Below are positions 24,609-36,628 of a DNA stretch of 64,000 nt, piece after piece (within the stretch, counting starts at the first letter, position 1; each line of letters starts with the position of its first letter). The notes beneath the pieces are model-generated. The model was given only the letters and a program-made list of their open reading frames with translations, did no database searches and had not been told where the DNA came from. Source of the stretch: Yuukianura sp. NJ FZ-2021 (lineage: Eukaryota); the NCBI GenBank assembly GCA_046563655.1, contig CM102290.1, forward strand, positions 14,260,001-14,324,000. Direction: 5' to 3'. Position numbers and translations under genes: made by a program.

Positions 24609-27600
24609 ATTGACAGAATGGGAACGACGAAAACCAGGAATTTTCAAAATTTACGTTCAAAAAGTACCGCGATGGCGCCCACTTTCTTTCCTTTCAAAAC
24701 ATGCGGTTTACTTTTTCTTTTCCCCAAAAGCCCCAAGTCAGCAAAGTTTGAAGAAAAACAACTTTTTCAATGAACGGAGCAAAAGAAAGTCGAAGAAAAA
24801 ACATTTTTCAAGAAAACAGGTTTTTGGAAAAACGAAAAACTTTTGAAAAACTCCTTTTAAGAAGTTTCCATTAAGACTTAACTGGAAAAACGTAACGGCG
24901 TGAGTAACTGTTGGAAAAAATGTTGAAAGTGAAGTAAAATATTGGAAAGGAAAAGCGTATTGACTGGAGGGAGTAACTATGGCGCTCTTTTTTAAATTTT
25001 GAATGAACACGGAAACGATTTTGTTTTGAAATTTGTAATTTGGGATGTTTAGAAAATCCGTTTGCCGCGTTTCTATGATACGCTGTGCTTCATTTCCTAT
25101 TTCTTTCTTAGTTATTTTCTTTTTAAAAAGTCGGTTCTATTAAAAAAGGAGCAGGATTAAACCCGCCTAAATTCAAAAATTGGAAACTTTTTGCTTTTCT
25201 TTCACTACTTTCACTTTTAGTCTGTTTCTCAACGGTGGTCAATAATCTAATCATGATTTTGGGGTTTAGCATGCGGTTGCAGATAAGACTACTAACAGTA
25301 TATACTGGAGTTTTCATTGATTTTTTCTTTACTTTTTCAAACTGGTATGGTACATTCAACAGACTTTTGCCGCAAATTTGCAGTCGTGGATACAACCGAA
25401 TGATTTTGGCTCAAGTCAACCGCAGTAGCAAGACGAATAACTTTGTTTTACGAAATGAATACTTTAGTGCACTTGAATTACACAGAAAATAGCCGTTCAA
25501 AAATTTTCAAAAAAATAAAATAAAATTTTTATTTCAGTTTTGTTTCTTAGTTATTTGGTTTACCATGCCGGTATATCATAAATACCAAATTTTTTCAGTC
25601 AAAAATTTTATTTTTCTGAATTTCGTGGTTGACTTTAGAACTTTAGTTGTTTTAGATTTTTAAAATTTTCACAATTAGAACAACGAAATGATTTTTTTTG
25701 CAAATATAGAATGTCAATTTTTTAAATTTACATTTTTGTTGAAAATTTTATGAGTTCTGCTTTCCGTAATGCCTTTTCTTACCTTTCTTTTTCAGCGGGA
25801 GCCGCAGTTTTTTTTCTAGCAAACAGCATATTCTCCTACCGATTTTATCGGATTTAAAAAAAAACTTGTTCAAAACGACGTTCAAATCGTGCGATGGTAC
25901 TTTACGAACTTCACTTTCACTTCAAAAACCTTCTCATGTAAGTAGTAAAAAGGGTTTTCCAAAATCTTGGCACGATTTTTAAATTTTTTGAAAAAAGTCA
26001 CTTTTTCGACGACACTTTGAACAAAGTTTTTCTCCTTTTCTTTTCTCCCGCTTTTTTTCTCTCGGTTTAAAAAACTTTTTTAACAACGTAGACCTCGTTG
26101 ACCCCTTTTTTGATTTGGAAACAAAATTGACACTTTTGAGGTAAAAACTTTTGACCTCCAACTTTCAAAATTTTGACTTTTCTAAGCAAAAGCTTAAAAG
26201 TGTGGTTCCCCTCGAGGTGTATTTCTGTTTTTGAGTTGAAAAACTTACTTTCACTTGAGTTTTTACTCTTGTTTGAATATTTTAAAACTTTTTGGTCAAA
26301 AGTTGAAACTTGACTCTGGGTCAAGTCAAACTCAGTAATCCACTTTCACCAACTCACTCAAAAGTTTTGGCGCCAAAAAATTTAAAACAGCCCGAAACTG
26401 TCGTCAATTGATCCAACCACAGCAGTATCAAATTTCAAACCAGCGATTCTCTAACATTAGCGCAAACTTTTGCTTTTTAAACCTTCAAACAACAAGGAGT
26501 TGGATTTCCCTAAAACCACGCACAAACAGCACCACACAAAGTTTCTTTTTTCCAAAAAACGTTACGTAACTGTTTTTGAAACTTTTTTTCAAAAACCATA
26601 GACACTGGCTGTAACTGGTGCAGTGGTAAATTCCAAAAACGAAAAAAGAGAAAGTTTTCCAAGAATGCTGAGTTTTCCTCACTTCGTTGCAGAATTGTGT
26701 TTGTTGTTTTTTGTTGCGAGGTCCGTTGGTTGTGCTGACGCTGAGTCGACTACACACTTCCAATCCAAATAAATGGAGCTCAACTTGAACTTTCTCTCAA
26801 ATGGATGTTGGTCCACTGGAAGTTAGGGGCGACGGTTAGGCAGAGTTGTGCGCCGACTCCCGCGCTCCACCAAAAAACTCACTTTCTCCACCTCAGAACC
26901 CTTGGCAATCAACTCCCTACACTGCAAAGTCCACTTTCTCCAAGGGCCTTGTGCCAAGTCCTCGTCTAATGAGCCTAACTTTAAATGAGGACATTAGGCT
27001 AAGCCTAACCTAGCCTAATCTTAACCTACTACATAACCTAATCCTTTGTTTTAGCAAAGACATACTGCCCTAGCTACTAAAAGGACCAAAGGTTAATTAA
27101 GCTACTCAAATTCAATGTAAATAAACTTGCCAAATTTGAAGTAACTAAATTCACATTTTAGGTTTTCTATTACATGCGAATTTTAGGTATTCACTCTAAA
27201 TCTAAAACTAACAAATGGGCTTTTACGTTGAAAAGTTAGTGATGAATGTTAGGCTAACTGAGCTTAACAATAACTTAAACTGTGAAGTTGGTAGGAAAGA
27301 GAGTTTGGGCGTGTAAAACACAAGTAGAAAGTTTTTGGAAGAAAGCTTTCTCTTTAAACTTTCTCTTGAAAAACTGTGAGTGCAGAATGGATTAGTTTCA
27401 CGTTGCAGTAGAAACCTAACCGTAGAGGCGCAAAGTCCAAAGCATTTCTCAGGATTAACATTTGTTTTCCTTCAACAACCGTAATTCCAGTGTCAAGAAA
27501 AACAACGGTACCCAAAAACGGTATCGGTACCGAAACTTTCACTCCGATACCGAAACCAAAACGGGCCAGGCTGTATTCAGATTTATATGAAAAATTAAAT

Positions 27601-28272
27601 CTTTAAGTCTTAAAGCCTTTTTTAATTGGGGTACCGTGGTACCGTTCAAAATCGGAAGCAATTGGTACCGCGGTATTTGCATGTTGGTACCGCATTATGT
27701 TATGTTGGTACCGTTTTGAATTCCAAACCGGTACAAGTCTAACCACCTTCCTGGCACCGTTCCAAGCTGGTTTTCTTTGTGCTGAATTTCCTACTTGGAG
27801 AAAAGGGAGCTGCTTTCACTTTTGAGTAAAAACAAAGTTTCAAAAGTTCGCGCGCTTTTGGCGGTTGTGCGTTCTTTGGGTTTTGCCGTTGAGCCTACGT
27901 ATAGTTAATTAGCCTCAATTTCTTCTCCACCATGGTTCGTTGGAGGCTCAAGTTGGTGGAGCAGCGGGGTTTTGAAAAAACAAAGTTTTGTGGCGGGTCT
28001 TTTGAAATTGAAAATTATCCAAAGGCGCTGTTCAAAATCCTGCCTTTGACTCCTCGTTTCTTTCAAGTGCCACTAGAATTTATTCCAAGTCAAAGTAAAA
28101 TTTAAACTTTAAAGTTTGTAGTTAGTTAACCTCACCAACCTAATTAACCTAGTTAGGCTAACATTATTTACTAACCTAATCATCTAAGCCACTGACAATC
28201 AAAATGGAAGGAATTGTATGCCAGGTACGACAACACACTTTTTTTTTTTTTGAAAAAAAAAAGCAGGAATCC

Positions 28273-31200
28273 TCATTTTTGTGTTAAAATTACACTGAAA
28301 ACTAAAAACAAGCAGAGCTGGAAGTTGATGGCGGAGGAGGTGGGGCTGGAGCCACCATGGTGGGCCGGCGCCCCACCGGATTTAATTCTGCCAGACTCTA
28401 CGCACTTGGTGTAGTACGGTCCCACACAAGCGGAATAAGCAATCACGTGAGCTACATGGGTTTGCTCATGGACGCCAGGGAACAAGTGGGCCATCGGACC
28501 TGTGATTTAAATCACTTTTCAAACTTTTTGTTTAAAACGATAAAATTTTGATTAAAATCGTAAAATATTATGTAACTTGCCATTTGCATAGACTGGTACG
28601 TCCTCACCACCGTGACTCTCGTAGTCCGTCCAAAATCCGGCCAAATGCGGAGTCGTCCGGTTCACTTCGGCCTAAATTCAACCGCGGAAATTTTCAAACT
28701 CACGTAATATTCGAAAACAAAATTTTCGAAATTTTTTTTTGTAAAATTTTCTTAATTTTTTGTTAAGAACTGTACCTCAGTGAGGTTTTTCCAAGTATTG
28801 AGTGTGCTAGAAGAGCTTTTGGGTGTGGCTGAATTAAGGCTGAGGTTGAGTCGGTGGTGCGTGTATCCTGGTCCGTTGATGTAGGACAGTGTTTCATAAT
28901 GGTAACCTTCTGGCGTCACATCACCTAGGCCTAAAATCCATAAAATTTTGAACTTCCCGCCAAAATTTTCTGATTCAAAAACCAAAATCAATAATGCCCT
29001 CCACACACAAAACAATTGTGCCCCAATTTACTCAACCAAAAACAACACAAAACATTGTCAAAAACGTCAAATTTCCATCCTGACTCAAAATTTATCAACA
29101 CAGACAAATTTCCATACCTACCGCAACAATACTTTTCAAGGTTTGTTGACTTTGATTTTCTTTAACAGGTAGGGTAATACCTCATGTTTTTTTGAATTTA
29201 CAAGAAAAAGTGTATTTTCATTTCAGGGCATCGTGGTCATAACGATACAGCCGAATTGTTTAAATTTTGCATGGAATTGGAACTGATTTTTTTTCTCTTT
29301 TTTTTGTCACCAAGCGAGGTAGTACCCAACCTGTTAAAGAAAATTCACTTTTCTTTGTCAAGGAACGTTGAACACGAGAGTTTATTAGAAGTTTTGCGGT
29401 AAATTTTCAAATTTTCCTATTTTTTTTTCAAAATTTCAGATTTCATCGTTTTTACCTGCAATTGGATTACCACGGACAGGGTATCCGTTGATAACAAAAG
29501 CATGAGAATGATCCGCCGTTACGACTATAAGTGTCTCTGCGGCGTTTGTAAGTTGAAGTGCTTTGGCTATCGCTCGGTCAAATGCGGCCATTTCCTCCAT
29601 TGCAATTTCAGCCAAGTTGTCGTGATGCGCATGATCAATTCTAAAAACCAAAAAAGTACCATGTGACCTTTCGTTTTTCAAAAATCAATAAAGTTTCAAA
29701 ACCTCCCGCCTTTTGTGCGTCCTACTGCTGGTTTTTGGCTTAATTGAAAATATGGAACATTACCTTCCGCCTTCTACCTGGAAGAGAGAAATAGAGACGG
29801 AGTGGAGATTAATTTGGAGTGGCAGAGGGGGGTCGTGGGTTCGAGACTCACAATGAGCAAGAAACCGTTGGAGTTTCTGCTAAGAACTTCAATTGCTTTC
29901 GTCGTCATTTCTTCTAAGCTGGGCTCATTCTCTGTTCTGTCTTTGTCGTATGGCAAATGCCCAGGACCAAAAGTACCTTCGTATGGAAATAGCAAGAGTG
30001 AGCATATAACTAAAAACTATGTTTTATGTTCAAAGGAAAGCGGCAAAGTTTGAATTTGAATGTTGGCGCGAACCCAAAAGATAGTCGACGGAGGAGTTGA
30101 CTGCGAGGAGACTCTGTCGGTTGGACACGTAAGAGAACTGACGCTGCTGCTTCTGCTGGAATTCCTTCCACTCTTCGATCAAGTCCTTCCCGTCGCCACG
30201 GAAACAAACGGATGAACTGTTCACTGGAACTGACGCTCGAAGCGTCTGTTCTCCACCACCAAGTATTACCTAAGGTTCAGTTAGTGTAAAGTTAGCTTCG
30301 GCAGTGGAAAAGGTCAATGACCTCTGCAAATTTCGCTTCAAGGTCAATGACCTCCAGAAGTAACGCTCAAGGTCAATGACCTCAAATGCCGATCCTGATG
30401 AATTCCCAGTTACGTTACCGTTCTGATAAAAAAACATGTCTGGCAGACTTGCCTTCCGGCAAGGTTGTTCGAATCAAAATTTTATTTTTTTTAACAGGTT
30501 GTGTCATAACTCCTATTTTAAAAAAAAAAATTCTTTGCTTTGAAATTTTTGTTCGATTTGTTGACCTCGCGCCTTGTAAAGTACATGAGATTGGTCCAAA
30601 ATTGTTTTTTTCTTGAATTTTTAAAAAAAAATCGGAGTTATAACATAACCTGTTAGCGAAATTGTATAAATAGGCGCTATAGCAACCTTGCCTTCGGGCT
30701 AAAATTTTAAATTGAAAAACAGTTTCTGTGCTAGTTGTAACGACTGCTGTTCTCTGAAAAATCGGAACCTTGAGAGCGGGAATGTTTGAAATTCGGTTTA
30801 AAGTTTGAAATGTTTACGTTAATGCTTCTGCCTGGTTCGTCCTCGACCAACTGCCTTGCAATGTCCTTGCAGCCTCCTTTGCGTTCCTCCCGGGGTATTT
30901 TGGAGTCGCATTCCCAGTCTCTGTTCGTACAATGAGCATAGGCAGCAGCAGGCGTCGCATGAGTCACTCGAGTCGTCGTTACGACACCTACATGCACATG
31001 GAAACTGTGACATCAATGGACACTTCAGCACCATCAACGACCCTTAAGTACTCCCACAACCCTTAACTTACTCTAATATGCAGATAAACATAACATATAC
31101 TAAGCCTAACTCTCACTTTGTCTCTTCACACACATAAAGTTCAAAAAAGCATAAGACTGTATGCACACAAAAACGTTGTATGAAACCAAAATTTTGTCAA

Positions 31201-34200
31201 ATTTCCACTCTTTTTTGCATAGCGACCAATTTTTTTCAAATCTTCACATTTTGTTCTAAAGGAATTTTGGTATAACCATAAGCTTCATATGAGAAGTTCA
31301 CGATTCCAAAATTTTGTCGAAATTCAATTTTGTCGAAATTCAATTTTGTCGAAATTCAACTTTGTCTAAATTCAATTTTGCCGAAACTTGAAATTGTGTT
31401 ACCGGTTGATTTGCCGGCGTCGATTCCCCATGCCATGAGCCCATCTACGCTAGCTCTGCGTTGTGCGTCGGCGCGACAGACGTTGAATGTGGCCGTGCCG
31501 TCGAGCCCCACGGTGTAGTAGTTGGCCTTGACACCGCTGAAGAGCGCAGTCGCTGTGGCAGCAGAGTCTGGCACTTGGCGATCCACGTTGTACGTCTGGA
31601 AACAGGATTAAAACGGCTTAGTTTGTAAACTTAAGCTGAGACAAGTAAAGGCTTAGCCGTAGCGGTGGCACGGTTCCACGGTGCCACGGTGTGACGACTA
31701 ACATTGTAACGGCGTGCTACCTAATCTATCTTTAGAGTGAATGACGATGATTGATTACCATTCTACGAAGTTCACGTTTGGCACAACACAAAGAAATAAA
31801 CGAAAACCAATTCAACTTTTCCCGCGCTTTGTCCAAAAAAAAAAGCAACGAGCCAGAAAAGTTTCGTTTTTTTAGAAAACGTTTTTTTTGTTTTTTGAAA
31901 AAATTAAAAATTCATTTGGCCTGCCACATGAATGTCGAAACTAATTAATTTCCAACTTTTCTGTTTTTTATAACTCAATGCACATTCCACTGGAAATGGC
32001 GGCTAATTTGACTTTCTGAGTTCAAATTAAGTACAAACCGCAAACATCAAAAACATTCAAAGTTTTTCAACATTTTTAAAGCCAGCGTAAAATTCTTTTT
32101 CTCAAAGGAAAGTTGAAAAAAGTTGTTACATAAGTGAGAATTGAATACAACTTTTTGAAAACTTTTTCCTTTTTCTAATTTTAGCCTTTCAGGAAATTAT
32201 AACGTTATTCTCAGGCACAGAAATCGTGTCGGTAAAAAAAATTTCGGAATTCATTTTAGTCAAAATTTTGAGATTTTTTAATATTTCTTATCACGTTCAC
32301 TCTACTGACTTCATGTCTCACGTCATTATCACACGTGGCATGACATTGGAAGAGTCCAAAAATTCAAAATTTCGAACTTTCCAGATTGTAAAGTCCCCGA
32401 AATTTAAGAATTTTAGAAATTCTTCAAATTTTGTTTTGTTGTTGTAACAAATTTGGGAGTTTATTGAACCATAAAAGTAAATAAGTTTATGGCTCCATTT
32501 TCCACTTTCTTCGTAATTTTTTCCGTTTCATTGAAAAAAGACGAGAAAAGCGGAGGGGAGACAATAGGTCGTGCTAAATAATAAATTTGTTGGCAAAATA
32601 CGGCTCTTTGAGGAAGCTTTTGTCACAAAAAGTAAGCGTGACGGGCGGGAAACTTTAAACCCCCCACCCCTCCCCATCTCTTCCATTTCAATGTCTGTCT
32701 CAAAAACGTAAAAGAGAAAGCCTATTTGGTTAAGGTTGAGAGAAAGCATTAGGAAAGCTTTTAGTTTCGCTGTCAATAATACTATGGTCTTAAGTGAGCG
32801 ACTTAAGGTGCGGACACAGAGCCCTTCAAGGCCCCCCCCCCCCATAAAAAGTGTCGAAAGCGTCGAAAGTAGAGGGGGGGGGACTTGAAGGGGTCCTAAA
32901 ACCTAAGGGTAATGTCACACTCTTGAGCCTGAAAACGTCTTATTTCACACTTTTGCTAAATCGCTGGACATTTCATCGCAATTTTTTAAAATGGTTACCC
33001 TAATTCCCGGCGTTTAGTTTCACGAGTCTCAAAAAATCTCGGAAAAAAATAATCGCGTAAAGGTGAAAGTTAAAATTTCGAAATTGTGAGCTTTGGGTAA
33101 AATGAAACAAATTAAAAAAAAGTAATTTTGCACTAAAAAAATTTATTAAGATTTTAACAGGCAACTTTGGAATACTGCTTGTTTTTCTTTCAAACATCAA
33201 ATTGCAAACGATTATTTGCACAACATTTTTTTTTGAAAGTATTTTTGAAATTGAAAATCAAATTGAAACGCGCATGTTTCCAATTATTCAAAAAGTATTC
33301 AAAACCTAATGATTTGTTGACAAACATTTTGAGAAAAGGAGAAAGTAAATGAGAAATTGAGTAGAAAGTGAAACGCTTAAGTTTACTTTCAATTTCCAAA
33401 GCTTCAAATTGAATAAACTACACACTTTTTTCAAATTGAGTTTCAGAATTTCAAAATCGACTTTTTTTTTTAAATTGAAAAAATAACTTCCAAGGCCAAT
33501 TTTCAAATTTATATGATTGACCCTGCAACGGACTAAACTTGGTTGAAAATGGAAGTTTAAGCAAAAAAGTTTTTCAAATTCAAAATAAATTCAAAACTCC
33601 CCAAAAATCTCACACACTTTTCCGTGAATTGAAAAACGTTGCTCCAAGGGAAGACTTTAAAAAAAAATCATCTTTTTAGGAACAAACTTTATGTTAGAAA
33701 AACTTTAGCCTGTTTCTGTCATCACTTTCACTTTCACCAGCTTTTTACTTTCCCCCGTGGCAAACTTGCAAAAGTTGCACAAGTGACCTCTTAACACATG
33801 CATTTGCGTACAGAGGTCACCGAGGTCAACTATTAAAGCTACGCTAGCCCGCCGTAGTCAAGAAAAGGTCAAAGGTCATCGTCGGTCAAAAAGTTCAAAA
33901 GCTCCCTCCTGACTTCAAAGGAAAGTTGCAGAGTTTTTTTTTCATATTTTGAACGTTATTTTAAACAAAAACTTTCTTTTTTCAAAAAGTTATGACCAGC
34001 ACATTTTTCTTGGAGTAGGAGCAGTAGGATTTGAACCCCCAGCAGGTTTTTGGTGATGGATCTTGTAGATGATATCCAAGAACACGAAAGTTGACAAGAT
34101 GAAAAGGAAAGTTTTAGAGAAAAGGAAAAAAGAGCGCCAGGTTTTAAAATGGAAAAGAAAGGAAATCTCTGGAGTGGTATATCTTATTTAGACTTTCTTT

Positions 34201-36628
34201 TTCCTTAAGGTTCTCTCTCAACTCTTTTTTCCAGGAATTAGTATTACTTCGACAACAAACCGTCAACTCAACCTGCATACAACTACATCAACACCAAAAA
34301 GTTCAACAAACTTAAAACAATTTCTAAAACCCTAAATTCACTTCACCAAGTCTTCTCCGTCGTCTTTTCAACAAAATCTGTAAAAATTAAATGTTGATCT
34401 TTTTTCTGTTGAACTTTTTGTATGTTCCTTTACGAAACCTGACTTTTTGGACTACCTAAGGTAGTGAACCTCTTCCAATAAATTATTTAGTGATAAATCA
34501 AGTGGGTAGATGTTGAAAAGACAAGGAGGCAACCCCCCCCCCACTTCCTACACCCCCCCCCCTCTTTTACTGAACCCCCCCCCCCTTCTCCGGGAAAGCC
34601 CACGCTTTTGAGCAGACGTCCCATTGCGGAGCCTAAAGTTTTGGTTTCTGGGGGAAGTTGAGACACTTCGTTATATCTTCCACCGGGAAACGACTGAAGT
34701 TTGAGCGACTGATCATTGGCGGGCCAGAAAGAAGGCACTCCGTGTCTAATGGACAGGACAAAGTTGAGTGAAAAAGAGTGAAGTAAAGGGAGTAACTACT
34801 GTAACCCGAAAAAGAGTGAAGTAAAGGGAGTAACTACTGTGTCCACCCAAACTATGCGGAATAACTTTCTCTTGGTCTCAGTTTTCTGTAACTTCGGACT
34901 GTGCATCATAGAAGATTGGAGTCCCAATGGACAAACTTTGACCCTTGACCCACATAAATTCTACTCTAATTCTCTCTAAACGACAACCGGCAAACGACTA
35001 CACTTTCCTCAACAACCTACTTTTTATAAGGACTTAATGATCCGCGTGTTTCAAAATTACAACTTTTTACTCTTGCTACTTCCAAAACTTCATGCTCCAA
35101 AGCTACTGTCAAAGATAAAGTCAAGTTAGCCGGAAACCGAGCATACCTGAACCAAATAAATGAAAACAGGGCCTACCTGAATCAAGGTTTGTAGACTTTG
35201 GTTTTCTTTAACAGATTGAGTAATACCTCAAGTTTTCTCCATTTTGCAAAAAAAAAGTTCATTTCATGGTATCGTAGTCATAACAATGCAGCCGTTTTTT
35301 AAATTTTACAATTGGTTCCAATTTTTTTTCATTTGTTTGTCAACAAGCAAGGTAGTACTCAACCTGTTAAAGAAAATTCAGTTTCCGTTGTCAAGGAACC
35401 TTGAGCTGAATGAAGTAACGGAAAACCGAGCATATCTGAGCCAAGTACGGAACATGCCTCGGCCTAACTTGAGTCTGGCTTGTTTCTAAAAGTGGAAAGT
35501 GAAAGTGTTAAGTTGTGTTTTGGTTTGAAGGGTGGTTGACCCTTGACCTTGCGAGTGAATGTGAGTGACTGGATTGAGAAGAAGGAGAATGAAGTGAAAT
35601 TGGATTGGAGTGTTGCTGAAGTGAGTGTTAACAAGATTACTCTTTTTCCTGAGAAGAGGCAGATGCTCCTCACTTTTCAATCCCATTCTCTCTCAACTTT
35701 CTCAGTCCAATACACACCAAAGAGAAAGGAACTTATACTGATCAAATGTACTGCCTAAGTATGCTGCTCAAAAAGCTTCTCTCTTAGCACAACATTCATC
35801 AAGCTCCTTTACTACCTTCTAAACGTAATCAAAAAAGTATAATCTCTGCTGTACGCAATTTACTTCCTCAAATCGCTTCTAACACCTTCAGTGTCTAATC
35901 TGGTTCAAATTTACTTCGTACCAGATCAGTTCTGATCGGAATTTAAAAAGTTTGTACCAGATCAGCTTCCGATCAAGATGCAAGAACGTTGTACCAGATC
36001 AGCTTCCGATCAAGATTCAAAAATTAAGCGTGTACCAGATCAGCTTCCGATCAGAATTGAAAAAGTTCGTACCAGATCAGCTTCCGATCAAGATTCAAGC
36101 AGCTCAAGATCAGTTTCTGATCAGAATTCAAGACGTTCAGATGAGTTGCTGATCAGGATTGAGGGAGTTTGTACCAGATCAGCTTCTGATCAGGATAACC
36201 GCTCGTACCAGATTAGTTTCTGATCAGGATTTACTTGTACCAGATCTGGTTTAGGTTGTTACCTTCAGTAGTCCGGTGTTCCTGAACTTCTCAAAGGTCA
36301 AGTATGCCTCCTCTCCACGGTGTCCATTCAGTTGCCCTTTGAAGATCCTACCTGCTGTGATCGTGGACATTCCCATGCCATCTCCAACAAACAAAATTAC
36401 ATTTCTGGCCACCCCGACATTCCTGTCGTCCTTCAGCGCCTCCTCAATCTCACTCTGCCCCAACTTGAGCCAAAAGGCCCCAGGAGCATCTAGAGAAAGT
36501 GGAGAAAGTTAGGCCTTGTTCTGGGCCTAATTAACTTAAGACATACCTTCTCCCACTCCAGTCACTCTGCAAGTAGCACCACTCAGGCACCAGCACAGCA
36601 CCACCACTTTCCCCACCATGGACACCAT
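28273..36628 (-). CDS. Alp: Alkaline phosphatase, membrane-bound (GPI-anchored) type; 11 coding exons, ~554 aa
   Basis: Exons 36628-36547, 36489-36263, 31595-31403, 30987-30818, 30269-30074, 29976-29852, 29777-29764, 29640-29456, 28930-28776, 28671-28581 and 28499-28273 give an open 1665-nt frame. Motifs: signal peptide, [21 protein letters not shown] (catalytic Ser), [44 protein letters not shown], hydrophobic C-terminus. Confidence 0.96.
29137..29370 (+). mobile_element. CAAGGTT-family MITE in an alkaline phosphatase intron
   Basis: Strong similarity to 3541-3827. No matched TSD. Its right flank equals the inverted left flank of the 18417 copy. Confidence 0.85.
30311..30382. promoter_or_regulatory. 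Three perfect IR-1 nuclear-receptor elements AGGTCAATGACCT (EcR/USP-type) in Alp intron 4
   Basis: Exact copies at 30311-30323, 30341-30353 and 30370-30382. The match is certain; function is not shown. Confidence 0.5.
30460..30690. mobile_element. CAAGGTT-family MITE in an alkaline phosphatase intron
   Basis: Termini CAAGGTTG...CAACCTTG, internal TTAACAGGTT/AACCTGTTA, TSD CCTTCCGG/CCTTCGGG (7/8). Confidence 0.8.
31308..31390 (+). repeat. 16-bp tandem repeat AAATTCAATTTTGTCG
   Basis: About five consecutive units next to the Alp exon 3 donor. Confidence 0.85.
35183..35403 (+). mobile_element. CAAGGTT-family MITE in an alkaline phosphatase intron
   Basis: Similar to 3541-3827. TSD ACCTGAAT/AGCTGAAT (7/8). 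Confidence 0.85.
35915..36250 (+). repeat. ~40-bp minisatellite GTACCAGATCAGCTTCCGATCAAGATT in Alp intron 2
   Basis: Roughly eight to nine diverged units, each with an internal GATCAG..CTGATC/CCGATC dyad. Confidence 0.9.
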
